Below, one piece after another: positions 63,985-64,000 of a stretch of 64,000 bases of DNA. The translations under genes and the position numbers were made by a program. The notes beneath the pieces were generated by a model. The model was not told the DNA's origin. It was given only the letters and a program-made list of their open reading frames with translations, and made no database searches. How positions within the stretch are numbered: position 1 is the stretch's first letter; every line of letters starts with the position of its first letter. Location: sequence record NC_031127.1; one strand, given 5' to 3'.

Positions 63985-64000
63985 TCTGTTGTGGCGGGGC

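Noticed and set aside
1-64000. tRNA/rRNA genes, CRISPR arrays, transposases, introns/inteins, diversity-generating retroelement
   Set aside because: By eye I found no cloverleafs, repeat-spacer arrays, DDE, RT or homing-endonuclease motifs, and no near-identical template/variable repeat pair in the fibre genes. A tool-based scan could still find short elements.

Overview
This window looks like a segment of a phiKZ-like jumbo myovirus (Chimalliviridae-type), probably infecting an enterobacterium (inferred from gene content). Bases 1-34.7 kb are a virion/tail module. It holds a tandem array of three paralogous structural-gene types repeated in C-A-B order, a GH108 endolysin, four related tail-fibre-like genes of 0.4-1.7 kaa, and an HxH-tipped baseplate spike. 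Inside this module lies the standout system (13.0-18.4 kb, minus strand): three paralogous Cys/Ser/Gly-repeat peptides with a constant 49-50-residue leader, two radical-SAM enzymes (one with SPASM) and accessory genes ending in a DUF4376-like protein. It resembles a phage-encoded ranthipeptide/CXXX-repeat modification system, possibly acting on the virion. Bases 34.9-64 kb are mostly plus-strand early/middle genes with a conserved TATATTAC-containing promoter motif. They include SbcC, a GNAT, a macro domain, an ART-like protein, an EF-Tu-motif protein, secreted small proteins, an SLT transglycosylase, a spanin-like pair, a DEDDh exonuclease, RNase H and UvsX/RecA. No tRNA, rRNA, CRISPR array or transposon was seen. 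All family assignments come from motif recognition by eye, with no database searches.
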